64,000 nucleotides of DNA from a virus, in the IMG/VR virus record IMGVR_UViG_3300012954_000007; one strand, written 5' to 3'. Position numbers and translations under genes: made by a program. The notes under the pieces were generated by a model. That model ran no database searches. It was not told where the DNA came from and saw only the letters and a program-made list of their open reading frames with translations. Positions 10,077 through 20,908 of this stretch are shown here, piece after piece; positions within the stretch are counted from its first letter, which is position 1, and the number at the start of each line of letters is the position of its first letter.

Positions 10077-11996
10077 TTATAACATTATACCTACACCTTC
10101 TCCTTGGTCCGTAACACCGGGTCCACTCGAGGTATTTACACTTGAAGGAAAAGTAGTAATTTGTACCTTTCCATTTTTATTACGTTCTTCTTCAACACCC
10201 TTAATCATACTGTACGCCATTTTTACATTAACGTTAGGTGAACCATCTGGCATAGGTTCTGTATTAATCCCAGACTCAGAAAAATTCTTGATGACATTTT
10301 GTAGTGCTCTAACATCACTAAAACCAGGTCTTAATTCTGCAGCAGCAACTAAATTTTTAGGTATATTAATTGGTGGTACAGGTGGTAATTTTATATATTT
10401 AAGTAAAGTATCTAACAAACTTCTACAATCAGAAATATTATCTAGACTTTCACTAGCGGCGAGTAGGGCTTGAATTAATGAGTTAATTATAGCGGATTGC
10501 TTAACGTCATTTTCTCTTAAAACCTTTTGTATAATATATGATACTAATTGAATTATAAATTTTTTAACTTCCTCCCAAACATACTCTAAAATTAGTTCAC
10601 CAATTCTTTTAACTATTTTAAATATTATTCTAAAAAATTTCTTAACTAAATCCATAATATCTAAACTAGCTATAAAACCACCAACAGCTTTTAAAGCTAT
10701 AGATATACCTAAAATTACTTTAGGTGTTAAAATTAAACTTATAAGAATTAAAGGTAATTTTTTAATAATATTAAAATCAAAGTCTACTTTTAAATTAGGG
10801 AGTTTAAAACCTAAACCTAATTCTTTATCCACACTCATTCCATTTATAGCATTTTCAATAGCTGTGTTTAACATGACTCCTTCTACAGTACCATTATTTT
10901 CATTAATTAACGCATCTATCGCACTATTCATTTCATCTATATTAATTTCACCTTCTATATCATCACACGTCACAAATTTAATTAAACCTTTTAATTGTAA
11001 ATTTACATTTTCATTTAAATTCCTCAATTCCTGGTCGTTAAACTTAAAAAATTTATCAATATCCTCATCTCCACCGTCTTCTGATAAATGCCCCACACCT
11101 GAAGAATTTATATTACCCCCTAAAGAACCATCACCCTCATCACCACAAATATTTAATAGTTTGTTTATAACTTGAGCAAATTTTCCTTTTAATTCTACAT
11201 CGGGTCCACTCATATCAGCTTGTATGGATAGAAATCCAGACATAGAATCTAGTAATACAGCTAAAAAGTTATGAGGTTCAAAAATTTTAATAGAGTCGTA
11301 GTAATCTCTTAAAAATGTAGTGATTTTTCTATCATTATCATTAGTAATGGTATTATCGTTGAACGTATTGTCTAAACCTACTGGTTTTACTAAAAAATTT
11401 TCTGTACCGTCAAATTCAATTGTAAACAATCTTTCACCAGAAGCACCAAAATAGTCTTGGGGAGCCGTAGGGTTTTCAACTCTACTATATAATTCTTTAT
11501 TAGCAGCGTAAGGAAAATTTAATTGGACCGGGTCATCTTTTTCATAAGTGGCTTTACCTACCTTAGTGGTTGGAGCGTTTTTAAGTAATTTAAATGGGTC
11601 TACACTTTTAACTGGAATTTCCATAGTATTATCGGAACCACCACTACCATCAGCTGACGGAATTACAAAATCTAAATTACAATTTATAAACTGTATTAAC
11701 TCCTCAAATAAAATTTCTTTACATTCCTCACCAATCTTACCACCAATCTCCTTACTTATTTTTTTACGTACTTTTTTTACAGAATCGTCACCACCCAAAT
11801 TTTGTAATAGGTCCATAAAATATTGTATCATATTACCTTCACCCTCTTCTACATTTGCACTTACCGAATCTAAAGAAGACATTAAACTACCTAGTTTAGC
11901 GTCTTTATCTAAAGATTCTATCGCGTCTTTTGTGTTGGTAAGATTCTGAATACCCTCTAGACCTTTCTTTTTAGTATCTCCAATATCTTGTGCCAT
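10077..11996 (-). CDS. Hypothetical, probably virion-associated protein with a hydrophobic/amphipathic helical segment
   Basis: 639 aa in a late operon next to the spike gene; hydrophobic stretch LPLILISLILTPKVILGISIAL. Confidence 0.5.
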   Translation of the reverse strand: MAQDIGDTKKKGLEGIQNLTNTKDAIESLDKDAKLGSLMSSLDSVSANVEEGEGNMIQYFMDLLQNLGGDDSVKKVRKKISKEIGGKIGEECKEILFEELIQFINCNLDFVIPSADGSGGSDNTMEIPVKSVDPFKLLKNAPTTKVGKATYEKDDPVQLNFPYAANKELYSRVENPTAPQDYFGASGERLFTIEFDGTENFLVKPVGLDNTFNDNTITNDNDRKITTFLRDYYDSIKIFEPHNFLAVLLDSMSGFLSIQADMSGPDVELKGKFAQVINKLLNICGDEGDGSLGGNINSSGVGHLSEDGGDEDIDKFFKFNDQELRNLNENVNLQLKGLIKFVTCDDIEGEINIDEMNSAIDALINENNGTVEGVMLNTAIENAINGMSVDKELGLGFKLPNLKVDFDFNIIKKLPLILISLILTPKVILGISIALKAVGGFIASLDIMDLVKKFFRIIFKIVKRIGELILEYVWEEVKKFIIQLVSYIIQKVLRENDVKQSAIINSLIQALLAASESLDNISDCRSLLDTLLKYIKLPPVPPINIPKNLVAAAELRPGFSDVRALQNVIKNFSESGINTEPMPDGSPNVNVKMAYSMIKGVEEERNKNGKVQITTFPSSVNTSSGPGVTDQGEGVGIML

Positions 11997-12367
11997 TACA
12001 TTTTATATTCTGTTGGGTTATCACCCTCTTCCTTATCTTTATTTAATAGTGAATTTAAAGTTTCTCTATCTTCTAAAGAGAATCCCGTACCTGTATTACT
12101 GTTAGTTAAATCTTTTTGTACTAAAGCACTTTGTATTTTGGCTAGTTGTATTTTTTTCTCTAACGCTGAGTCAATAACTTTTTGTTGTTCTTTAATTACA
12201 GGACCTAGTTGTTGTAAATCGTCAGGTCCTTGCATAAAGCTCAACATTTTATTTTGAATACGAATAGCTGTTGTTCTTTGTTCTACACATTCATTGTAGA
12301 CTTCCTGTAATAAAGCTAATACACTTTCTTGGTCTAACTTTATTTCTTTCTTTTTAGGTCTAGGCAT
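11996..12367 (-). CDS. Hypothetical helical protein
   Basis: 123 aa; TATTTAT at 12386-12392 (minus). Confidence 0.6.
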   Translation of the reverse strand: MPRPKKKEIKLDQESVLALLQEVYNECVEQRTTAIRIQNKMLSFMQGPDDLQQLGPVIKEQQKVIDSALEKKIQLAKIQSALVQKDLTNSNTGTGFSLEDRETLNSLLNKDKEEGDNPTEYKM

Positions 12368-12409
12368 AGTAAATTTATTTATTGCATAAATACTTCAACA
12401 ATAAAAACC

Positions 12410-13114
12410 TTAGTCCTTATACCCGTCTATAACCCCTTTATAGATGATTTTAAATTTCTTTAAAGAACTTCGAATTTCTTTTGTAGATAAATTAGTCATT
12501 TCTCTTAAATTTAAGAGAACTAAATTTTTATTAAACTTGTTACCGTCACCATGGATAAAAATTTCATCATAATTAGTAAAAACTTCTATGAGTGCAGAAC
12601 CAATTTTAACCTCATTTTCATTAAGAGGTGTTATAGACATAAATTCCTCAATTTCATCTACTAAATCTATAAAAAATCTAGAAGTGTCCGTTTCCTCACC
12701 ATTATTCATATAATAAACTTGGTCGGGTCTTTCTTCTATCGACTTTGATATGTCTTCATAAGAAACATTTCTATTTTGTAGTTTCTGGTCTTTAATTATT
12801 TGACCCATCAAATAATTTTTACAAATAGTACCAAAATAAGAATAAGCTTTTTTACCTTTAGCTGGTTTAAATTTTTCGGCTTTTGTAATTAAAAAAGATA
12901 ATACATCCGCGTGAATATCCCTAAATTCCAAACCTTTACGGTATAATTTATATCTCCTAATTATACTGTCAATCATCTTATTTAAAGGAGAATATAAATA
13001 AGTGCTATATATTTCATTTCTTTCAGTTAGGGTAGTAGCCGTTAAAAACATTTTAACGGCATATTCCTGTTCTTCCCCGAAATACATAGTATTTTTAGAT
13101 TTAGGTCTAGGCAT
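12410..13114 (-). CDS. Phage sigma-like factor (T4 gp55-like late sigma)
   Basis: Region-2-like segment FLITKAEKFKPAKGKKAYSYFGTICKNYL; size 234 aa. Confidence 0.65.
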   Translation of the reverse strand: MPRPKSKNTMYFGEEQEYAVKMFLTATTLTERNEIYSTYLYSPLNKMIDSIIRRYKLYRKGLEFRDIHADVLSFLITKAEKFKPAKGKKAYSYFGTICKNYLMGQIIKDQKLQNRNVSYEDISKSIEERPDQVYYMNNGEETDTSRFFIDLVDEIEEFMSITPLNENEVKIGSALIEVFTNYDEIFIHGDGNKFNKNLVLLNLREMTNLSTKEIRSSLKKFKIIYKGVIDGYKD

Positions 13115-13117
13115 AAT

Positions 13118-13933
13118 CTAGACAGTTTCTGGTGTATATTTTATTTCTCTATCTGAAGTGAAAAAATATTCTTTTTTAGCTGTTTCAATCCAAAAATTAG
13201 CCTCAACAGCGTCAATCAATTCTTCTTTGTTAAATTTGTAATTCCAAAATAAAGAATCTGGTCGCATATTAGTGTGTTTGTAACCAACCTTAGGAATTGT
13301 AAATACTTTTAAATCATTGTAAGTAGCTCTTAATAAGAATTCGTATACAAAAGTTAAACGAATAGTACTTTTAAAACCACCTACTTCCTCAAATTTTTCT
13401 TTATTGATTACCATTCCACTTGTTTGAAAATTAGGATACCTTAATAGACATTGGTTATCTAAGTAACCCATTTTGTCACTAAAATTCATAGCCCAAACTG
13501 CTTCATTTGTAAAATTAATAAATTCTCCTTCAGCAGTTACGTCGACAACAAGAGGTAAGAAAATATCTACGTCTTCGTAGTGAGATAAATATTTTTCAAC
13601 ATTTTTAAACCATATTGTAGCATATTCATCGTCATACTCTAAAATAGAAAACCATTTAGTTTTAGTATTTTCAACACCGAAATTAACTTGTCCCATAAAC
13701 GAAGTGTCTCCAGTGTTTTCCATAATTTCTACTTCTAACCCACTAAAGTCAAAAGTTTCTAAATAATTTTTAACTTTAACGTCACTACTTCTAACTACAA
13801 GTAAACTAGGTTTATTTTCTACCGTTTGAGTAGAAATACTTTTGATTGCATTTTTAAATAAATCATCTGTTTTTTCATCCATTAAATGGATTGGTAATAT
13901 AATTGTTAAATCTTTCATTTTAATTTTCTTCAT
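13118..13933 (-). CDS. Glycosyltransferase, GT-A fold (GT2-like)
   Basis: Motifs LTIILPIH, SILEYDDEY, FEEVGGF. Confidence 0.85.
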   Translation of the reverse strand: MKKIKMKDLTIILPIHLMDEKTDDLFKNAIKSISTQTVENKPSLLVVRSSDVKVKNYLETFDFSGLEVEIMENTGDTSFMGQVNFGVENTKTKWFSILEYDDEYATIWFKNVEKYLSHYEDVDIFLPLVVDVTAEGEFINFTNEAVWAMNFSDKMGYLDNQCLLRYPNFQTSGMVINKEKFEEVGGFKSTIRLTFVYEFLLRATYNDLKVFTIPKVGYKHTNMRPDSLFWNYKFNKEELIDAVEANFWIETAKKEYFFTSDREIKYTPETV

Positions 13934-15014
13934 TTACTGTAAGTTTATTAATAGCGTTTTCTAGTTCTTCTTCTTTTTCTTTCATCAACTCTTCCATAAA
14001 AGTTTGAACTCCTTCTTTTTGTTTCTCTAGTGTGTAAGGTTTTACAGTCTCTTCCATTTTTTCAAAAAGTGTGGTAGGTACAGAGTCCTCCAACCAAGTT
14101 TTCATATAAGCGTTAATTACGTCCACTATTTGGTTAAATTCATAACTCCAGAAACCATTTTCTTCAGCTAACCACTCAGGTTTAAGGTTAGGTATCTTAC
14201 CTATGACAGGAACTCCACTTTTCATACACTCCAAAGGGAATGTACCAAAACCTGAAATGTCATCAACCCACACACCTACAGCTACATCCTGTAAAGTCTC
14301 TGCAAAATTTTCCAAACTCATACCTCTCATATCTCTAAATGTCACCCATTTAAATTGTGGATATCTAGCATAAAATGTTTTAACTATTTTCATCGTATCT
14401 CTAGGTTCTCTAGTATGAATAGCTACCAAAGGTGTACCTGGTTTATCACTATTTTTAAATAGAGGTGATATGGTTGGTGGTACTATCGATACATTTAAAT
14501 CTGGAAAAACTGATAATATATATTCTTTAGAAATTTCAGAAGTTGTAATCACATGAGTATACCCATAATTAATCCATTGTACCCCTGGTTGTAACATTTC
14601 AAAAATGTAGTCATAGGATTGACATAAGACGACCTTTGTACATGCCATCTCTTTAGTTTGTTCCATAACATGACCAAACAGTTCAGGGACTATAAGAACG
14701 TCTGATGGACCTACTGATAACCCACCTGTACTAACACAGGAATGAGGTAGAGAAGAGTACTCTTCACCCAACCACTCACTAATTGGCATCCATTCTCCAT
14801 TTTGAGAATCGGTAATTTTATAGTCTTCATTTTCATGTAAAATAGACGCATTATAACCATTATCGATTAGAATTTTTACTAAACTATAATTGTAAGCTAC
14901 AGAAGCTTTAGGGTTACCTTTAGTGTCTTGAGTTAAAACAAAAATTTTAGATTGCTTTGATTTGACTAAATCTAAAGCTTCCTCAATTTTTTTAATGTGA
15001 TTGTTGTCTGTCAT
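13920..15014 (-). CDS. Glycosyltransferase, GT-B fold (GT4-like)
   Basis: Motifs DVLIVPE and SGFGTFPLECMKSGVPVIG. Confidence 0.8.
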   Translation of the reverse strand: MTDNNHIKKIEEALDLVKSKQSKIFVLTQDTKGNPKASVAYNYSLVKILIDNGYNASILHENEDYKITDSQNGEWMPISEWLGEEYSSLPHSCVSTGGLSVGPSDVLIVPELFGHVMEQTKEMACTKVVLCQSYDYIFEMLQPGVQWINYGYTHVITTSEISKEYILSVFPDLNVSIVPPTISPLFKNSDKPGTPLVAIHTREPRDTMKIVKTFYARYPQFKWVTFRDMRGMSLENFAETLQDVAVGVWVDDISGFGTFPLECMKSGVPVIGKIPNLKPEWLAEENGFWSYEFNQIVDVINAYMKTWLEDSVPTTLFEKMEETVKPYTLEKQKEGVQTFMEELMKEKEEELENAINKLTVNEEN

Positions 15015-15024
15015 TTTAGTTATT

Positions 15025-15351
15025 TTAATTTACTTCTTTTATTATTTTATATTCAATTAAGGTATTAAAAGACAATTTAAATGGAAAACTTAAATTATCA
15101 AGACTTTTATACCCCATCTTTTCATCAATTTCTTCATCGGTAGATAATATAACATCTAAAAATAACCTTAACATTTCATATTTTGCAGCGTTTATGGCCA
15201 AATTATCTGTCACCTCTTCTCCCTCTTTATTTTTAGATTCTTTTTCAAGTGTTATACAGTTCATTAACTCGTTCAAGTCAACAACCATTTTAGTTCCCAT
15301 AATTTCCACTTGAAAATCTTTAAGCGAACTCATTTCTCTCAATATACTCAT
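15025..15351 (-). CDS. Hypothetical phage protein
   Basis: 108-aa ORF in the operon. Confidence 0.6.
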   Translation of the reverse strand: MSILREMSSLKDFQVEIMGTKMVVDLNELMNCITLEKESKNKEGEEVTDNLAINAAKYEMLRLFLDVILSTDEEIDEKMGYKSLDNLSFPFKLSFNTLIEYKIIKEVN

Positions 15352-15913
15352 TTTCTACTAAATCTTTAATCGAGGAGACACATAGAACATTATCGTGGTA
15401 GTTACCCGTCTGATTGTCTTTATCGTATTCCTCTTTGTTTATTTTTATATACTTAGTTTTTTTATACTTAGTGATGTTTAAATTATTTGTAATTATTATA
15501 TCTGCCTTCTCATTAACAGATTCAAAATCCTCCAAAGGAAAAAACTCAATCTTATCTATTAAGATACCCATCCTAGCTAAAAACATTAAAGTAGCTGGTT
15601 TAGATTTTTCAATTTCATTAGAAAAGAGGACAATATTGTGGGTATCTCTATATTTTTTATAAAATTCATTAACCATGTACGATGTCCCTTCCTCACACTC
15701 GTTAGAATAACCAAAAATTCTCATAGGACATTCTATATACATATATTCTATTAATTCCTCTTTAGTTTTAAAACCTAAATACTCTTGTAGGTCTTGCCCC
15801 ACGTACTCGTCTTCAAACTCTTTTTCTAAGTTATCTGCTTTATATACGATTATTGTTTTACTAACAATATCTCTAATAATATTATTTAACTCTATGTAAA
15901 TATTTTTTTTCAT
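15320..15913 (-). CDS. HAD/5'-nucleotidase-like protein with degenerate catalytic motif
   Basis: N-terminal IYIELNNIIRD resembles HAD motif I but lacks the Asp residues. Confidence 0.4.
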   Translation of the reverse strand: MKKNIYIELNNIIRDIVSKTIIVYKADNLEKEFEDEYVGQDLQEYLGFKTKEELIEYMYIECPMRIFGYSNECEEGTSYMVNEFYKKYRDTHNIVLFSNEIEKSKPATLMFLARMGILIDKIEFFPLEDFESVNEKADIIITNNLNITKYKKTKYIKINKEEYDKDNQTGNYHDNVLCVSSIKDLVENEYIERNEFA

Positions 15914-15950
15914 TAATTAAAATTACTTTAAATTATTAAGTAGTAAACTA

Positions 15951-16616
15951 TTAATAACCAGTTAATAGAGTTAATACTTCGTCTATAGCTTCGTGTCTAT
16001 GATTATCCTCTAATACGACTTTGAAAACAAATTCAGAGTCTTTAATTTTAGGTATTTCATGTATTGCTGAATAATTTTTATCTTTTAGGTCTATTTGTTG
16101 ATTATCACCACAAAATATCATGGTAGAACCTTTACCTAATCTACCTAATGCCATATTAAGTTGTGATTTAGTTAAATTTTGAAATTCATCCACTATCACT
16201 ACACAATTCTCAAAGGTCCTACCTCTAAAGTGAGCTAAAGACACTAGTTCAATACTTTCATCTTCCTCCATTTTTTCTAATATGGTTGGTTTGTTATAGA
16301 CCTTTCTCATATTACTTCTAATCGGTACTAACCAAGGTTCCATTTTCTCTTTTTCTGAACCAGGTAAAAAACCGTTATCTTCTGTAGAAACTGTAGGTCG
16401 TGTTATAATAATTTTATTAACCATCCTTTTAAAAAACATGTCTAAAGCAGTTTGACACGCTAATAAAGTTTTACCTGAACCAGCTTTACCTACAATAAAA
16501 TTAAACGGTTTATTAAGTATTGAGGCTTTTGATTTTTTTTGTTCTTCAGATAAAGTTATTGAAAATCGTACTGGTCCTTTAGGTGGTACCTTATCTATAT
16601 TTTGTTTTGGAGCCAT
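15951..16616 (-). CDS. phoH: PhoH-like ATPase
   Basis: Motifs GKAGSGKT, ITRP, GFLPG, RGRTF, IVDEFQN, GDNQQID. Confidence 0.95.
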   Translation of the reverse strand: MAPKQNIDKVPPKGPVRFSITLSEEQKKSKASILNKPFNFIVGKAGSGKTLLACQTALDMFFKRMVNKIIITRPTVSTEDNGFLPGSEKEKMEPWLVPIRSNMRKVYNKPTILEKMEEDESIELVSLAHFRGRTFENCVVIVDEFQNLTKSQLNMALGRLGKGSTMIFCGDNQQIDLKDKNYSAIHEIPKIKDSEFVFKVVLEDNHRHEAIDEVLTLLTGY

Positions 16617-17614
16617 TAATATTGTTTTTGTAAAACCATTTTATTAATTCTAACCTGTTCGTCCCAATACTGAATCATATCATCCATTAGAGTTTCAAAA
16701 GTGTACTTAGGCTCCCAACCTAAAACTGTCCTAGCTTTAGTTGAATCACCTTTCAGATATTTTAATTCTTCTGGTCTTAAAAATTTAGGGTTTTGTGTTA
16801 CGTAGTCTTTATAGTCCATGTCTAGTGCGTTAAATACATAATCACACATATCTCTCACTGAGTGAGTTACCATTGTAGAAATTACAAAATCATCTGGTGT
16901 TTCATGATTAATTATTTTATGCATAGCTCTTACATAATCATAAGAGTGACCCCAGTCACGATAAGCATCCATATTACCCAACTCTAATTTATCTTTTAAA
17001 CCGTGTTTAATTTCTAAAGCTGTTTTAACTACTTTACTAGTTACAAAATTAGACCCTCTTCTAGGTGATTCATGGTTAAATAAAATACCATTAGTTGCGT
17101 GAAGATTATAAGCTCTACGATAATTTCTAACAATAGAATAACCAAATAATTTAGAACAACCATAAGGACTAACTGGAGTCATAGGTGTTGACTCTCTTTG
17201 AAATCCGTCTTCATCTATAGAATTACCGAACATTTCCGAAGAACTTGCTTGGTAAAATTTAGCTTGTGGACACGCTCGTCTATAAGCTTCTAAAATATTT
17301 AACACTCCTAGAGCGTTAGTTTGCACAGTAAATTGAGGAATTTCAAAACTAATCCTGACATGTGACTGAGCCGCTATATTGTATATTTCATCAGGTTGTA
17401 TTTTATCCAATAACCTTTCTAACCCTGATTGGTCTAACATATCTCCGTAGTAAGTGTGTATTTCACCCTCCAATTCAGAGATTCGTGTATCTTGATTTTC
17501 AGGTGTTGAGTTTCTCCTAATAATTCCGTGAACCTCATATCCTAAATCTACTAAATATTCAGCTAGGTAACTACCATCTTGGCCTCCAATACCTGTAATA
17601 AATGCTTTTTTCAT
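16616..17614 (-). CDS. gmd: GDP-mannose 4,6-dehydratase
   Basis: Motifs ITGIGGQDGSYLAE, AAQSHV, FYQASSSEMFG, NGILFNHESPRRG, RDWGH. Confidence 0.97.
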   Translation of the reverse strand: MKKAFITGIGGQDGSYLAEYLVDLGYEVHGIIRRNSTPENQDTRISELEGEIHTYYGDMLDQSGLERLLDKIQPDEIYNIAAQSHVRISFEIPQFTVQTNALGVLNILEAYRRACPQAKFYQASSSEMFGNSIDEDGFQRESTPMTPVSPYGCSKLFGYSIVRNYRRAYNLHATNGILFNHESPRRGSNFVTSKVVKTALEIKHGLKDKLELGNMDAYRDWGHSYDYVRAMHKIINHETPDDFVISTMVTHSVRDMCDYVFNALDMDYKDYVTQNPKFLRPEELKYLKGDSTKARTVLGWEPKYTFETLMDDMIQYWDEQVRINKMVLQKQY

Positions 17615-17616
17615 GT

Positions 17617-17883
17617 TTATTTTATTTTTTCTCTATTATTATAATCACCAAAATTCCTACTGTAAACAGTTTTCCCTCCGTCTGGTGATTCATAAATTTT
17701 AACGGTAGGGTCAGTCTCTATATTTTTTTTACTGTTATTAACAAAAATAACAGTTGGGTTTTTTTGTTTTATATGTTTTCCATAAATTTCTTCAAAACTA
17801 AAAGATTCAGATAATAAAGTAAAAGGGACCATGGGTTCTCCATGACCATAACTTACCATATCCCATAATTCATATTTTATCAT
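17617..17883 (-). CDS. Small hypothetical phage protein
   Basis: 88 aa with IYESPDGGKTVYSR motif; ATGA overlap with the upstream fcl gene. Confidence 0.6.
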   Translation of the reverse strand: MIKYELWDMVSYGHGEPMVPFTLLSESFSFEEIYGKHIKQKNPTVIFVNNSKKNIETDPTVKIYESPDGGKTVYSRNFGDYNNREKIK

Positions 17884-18830
17884 AATTTTATAATTTTAGA
17901 ATAGTGTTTTATTGTATTTTTAATACCTTCTTCTGGTTTAGTGAATAAAAAATTAGGAAAATATTTTTTAAATAATTTATTACACATTATTTTTTTAGGT
18001 GCTCCTTCTGTTTTACTTAAATCATTATTGATTAGAAAATCAGTACCTAAAATATTTTGTACCATGTCTACGGATTCCTTAATAGAAAAACCAAATTCTT
18101 GGCCTAAATTTAAAGGATTGGGTATTTCTACTTCTCCCGAAATAATTTTTTCATCCTCTATAATAGATTTAATAATTTTAGCAACATCTTCCATATAAAT
18201 CCATTCCCTAATAGGGTTCCCAGTACCCCATATTGTAAATTCTTTTTTATTTTCTTTTATAGTTTTAAGTAATCTAATTATAATACCATTTAATGCGTGT
18301 GTTTTATTTTCATCGGAAGAATCAAAAGGACCATAAGCGTTAGGTACTAATAAATTTATGGTTTTAATATTATACTGTTTTTTATAACATTCCGACAATA
18401 TAAATCCTGTTTTTTTAGAACTACCGTATGATTCTACTGATGGGTGTATTGCTCCCTTCCACCAGTCCTCTTCTTTTAAAACATCTAAAGTATCTCCAGG
18501 GTATGAACAATTAGCTAGTGGGTTAATTAACAAAATATCTTTATTATGTTCCTTTATCGCTTTAAAAAGATTAATATACATTTCAACATTCTCACTACAA
18601 ACTGTTGCAGCGTACTTACTAACATAACCCACCCCACCTACATGTGCGGAAGCATTAATTATAATATTAGGATTAATTTTTTTAAGTGTATTATTAATAC
18701 TGGATAATTTAGTTAAATCACAACCAGTTTTTCTACTTTCATTGAAAACGATATACTTTTCACCTGTAAAAACTTTGTTTAAATTTTTACCCATAAATCC
18801 ATTCCCACCTAGTATTAGTATTTTTTTCAT
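17880..18830 (-). CDS. fcl: GDP-L-fucose synthase (epimerase/reductase)
   Basis: Motifs GGNGFMG, SAHVGG, CSYP, YGSSK, NAYGP, IWGTGNPIREWIY; adjacent to gmd. Confidence 0.85.
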   Translation of the reverse strand: MKKILILGGNGFMGKNLNKVFTGEKYIVFNESRKTGCDLTKLSSINNTLKKINPNIIINASAHVGGVGYVSKYAATVCSENVEMYINLFKAIKEHNKDILLINPLANCSYPGDTLDVLKEEDWWKGAIHPSVESYGSSKKTGFILSECYKKQYNIKTINLLVPNAYGPFDSSDENKTHALNGIIIRLLKTIKENKKEFTIWGTGNPIREWIYMEDVAKIIKSIIEDEKIISGEVEIPNPLNLGQEFGFSIKESVDMVQNILGTDFLINNDLSKTEGAPKKIMCNKLFKKYFPNFLFTKPEEGIKNTIKHYSKIIKL

Positions 18831-18861
18831 CTTCTCTTTTTTAAAATATAAAAAAATTTAA

Positions 18862-19413
18862 TCAAAATTCAATGCCTAATCGTTTAAAGAATTCATCTTT
18901 ACCAGTACGTTCTTTAATAAACTTAGCTGGTATACCAGCATATAATGAATAAGGTAAATATTTAATTTTTTTAATTAAAGAATGTGCACCAGAAGCAAAT
19001 CCATCAGGTATGTTAGTGCCAGGTAAAATACAAGTGTGTGCACCTATAACACAATATTTACCTATATTAACATCCTCATAAGTCCCACCAAACCGTAATT
19101 TTTCTGGAACAGAAGGTAAATCTAAAGAAAGAGTATCATATTCCGATGAGGCACAGTGGATTGAGGAGTGGTGAGATATAGTAGTATAATCACCGACATA
19201 TAGATGAGCTAAACTTCCAGAAATAGAAACATTAGAAGCTATATGACAATTTTTACCTACCGTTATCCCACAAGAAATATATGTAAAATCATCTATAATT
19301 GTACCGTCACCTATTGAAACCTCTTCTGGTTTACGGATACGAACAGTTTTACCTATTATAACATTTTCCCCACAATACTTTAGTTTACTTCTATCAAAAA
19401 AGATATTTTCCAT
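18862..19413 (-). CDS. Hexapeptide-repeat sugar O/N-acyltransferase
   Basis: Left-handed beta-helix repeats (IGDGTIID, VGKNCHIA, IGKYCVIG) and YAGIPAKFIK. Confidence 0.9.
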   Translation of the reverse strand: MENIFFDRSKLKYCGENVIIGKTVRIRKPEEVSIGDGTIIDDFTYISCGITVGKNCHIASNVSISGSLAHLYVGDYTTISHHSSIHCASSEYDTLSLDLPSVPEKLRFGGTYEDVNIGKYCVIGAHTCILPGTNIPDGFASGAHSLIKKIKYLPYSLYAGIPAKFIKERTGKDEFFKRLGIEF

Positions 19414-19415
19414 TT

Positions 19416-20222
19416 TTATTTAATATAGTTTTGGTACATGTAGTCTTCGGCTATAGGTAAATTAAGAGACCTTTCAAAATTATCTTCCATAGCTTCTTTT
19501 TTACTAAAATACAAATCTGGTGTTAAAGAATCAATATTAAAATTTTCATCTAAAATGATAATCCCATCAGTGTTAAAAAATTTATCTATACTAGGCATTC
19601 CCCAAAAAACTGGAATTGTACCAGTAACAAAACAATCTGTTATTTTTTCCGTAAAAATATTATCGTAGTTATCATTTTCCATAGCTATAGAAAATCTATA
19701 ATCTTTTAAAGCATCCTCTTTATGGGTTAAATTACCGAACCCCCAACCAAAATGGTCTAAATGGTTCCTATACTTATTTAATATTTGATGACGGTAATGA
19801 TGTCCAGGGCACATTCTTTTGTGTGAGGCAATCATTGAAAGATTTTTACTTTTATTGTAAATTTTGGGTTTGGTGACCCAGGGAACAGAGTTAGTTATAA
19901 TCTCCTTAAATTTAGGAGATAGGGATAACAACCTTTCATCGTGAGTGAAAATTAACTCAAAATCCTCTTCTAATCTAGAGATATTATTTTTTACCCATTC
20001 TATAACTTCTGGTATAATAGCGGAAGATTCTAAAATCCACGCGTAATTTTTTTTATTTGGGTTGGGTTTACACTCTATTAAAGCGTTATCTATGTAAACA
20101 CTTATAGGAGCACTTTCACCTTTTTTTACCCACTCTACATACTTAGGTATAGAATAACCCGAAGAAGAATCAGCATGATGAAATCCCCCACCTATTAAAT
20201 TAATTTGTTGTTTTATATTCAT
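19416..20222 (-). CDS. Fucosyltransferase-like glycosyltransferase (GT10-like)
   Basis: YRFSIAMEN...FTEKITDCFVTGTIPVFWG matches the GT10 signature. Confidence 0.8.
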   Translation of the reverse strand: MNIKQQINLIGGGFHHADSSSGYSIPKYVEWVKKGESAPISVYIDNALIECKPNPNKKNYAWILESSAIIPEVIEWVKNNISRLEEDFELIFTHDERLLSLSPKFKEIITNSVPWVTKPKIYNKSKNLSMIASHKRMCPGHHYRHQILNKYRNHLDHFGWGFGNLTHKEDALKDYRFSIAMENDNYDNIFTEKITDCFVTGTIPVFWGMPSIDKFFNTDGIIILDENFNIDSLTPDLYFSKKEAMEDNFERSLNLPIAEDYMYQNYIK

Positions 20223-20908
20223 TCGAAAGTATATTTAAAAGTATCAATATCCTTTTCATAAAGTTTAGATACTATTTTTTTGGTTTTATCATTATAAAAC
20301 TGTGTGTATGGTACATGGTAAGAGGTATTACGTTTAGGGGGTACAGGTAAATTTAATCCTGTTGACAGATTAACATTTTTAATTATATCTTCAAAATTTT
20401 CCATTTTACCAATAAAATCTACCATAAGTTTGTCTTTATCATCATATACCCAATTATATTGATTTAAAGTTAAATAGTTAATGTTAGATTCGTTTAGGTT
20501 GTTAGGCATTGTAGAAAATGTTGGGGTCATGTAAACATCACCCCTACCTTGACTAATAAAATTAACTTTACTAACAAAATCATCAAAAGAGGTACATTTT
20601 AATTTATCAAACCAGACATGTTCAGGAGGAGTTCTTAAACCTCCTGTTGTGTGGGTGGGTAAAACCTCCGAACCATTTTTACAAAAACTGTAAACAGAAA
20701 CTAACCTATCCCAAGGATTACGAGTATGTGCAAATTTAAAATAATCGTCAAAATTATCATTTAAAATATTTTTAATATTACGTGCAAAAGTATGTCCATA
20801 AGGTTGGGGTGGGAAGTCTAATTCCTCTAGTAATGATTGTATAGTCCACCCCCCAGTTTTAGGTATGTGTATATGTAATAATTTTTTATTTTTTATTTGG
20901 GTTTCCAT
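20219..20908 (-). CDS. Carbohydrate sulfotransferase (Sulfotransfer_2-like)
   Basis: 5'-PSB motif HIPKTGG and 3'-PB motif RNPWDRLVSVY. Confidence 0.88.
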   Translation of the reverse strand: METQIKNKKLLHIHIPKTGGWTIQSLLEELDFPPQPYGHTFARNIKNILNDNFDDYFKFAHTRNPWDRLVSVYSFCKNGSEVLPTHTTGGLRTPPEHVWFDKLKCTSFDDFVSKVNFISQGRGDVYMTPTFSTMPNNLNESNINYLTLNQYNWVYDDKDKLMVDFIGKMENFEDIIKNVNLSTGLNLPVPPKRNTSYHVPYTQFYNDKTKKIVSKLYEKDIDTFKYTFE

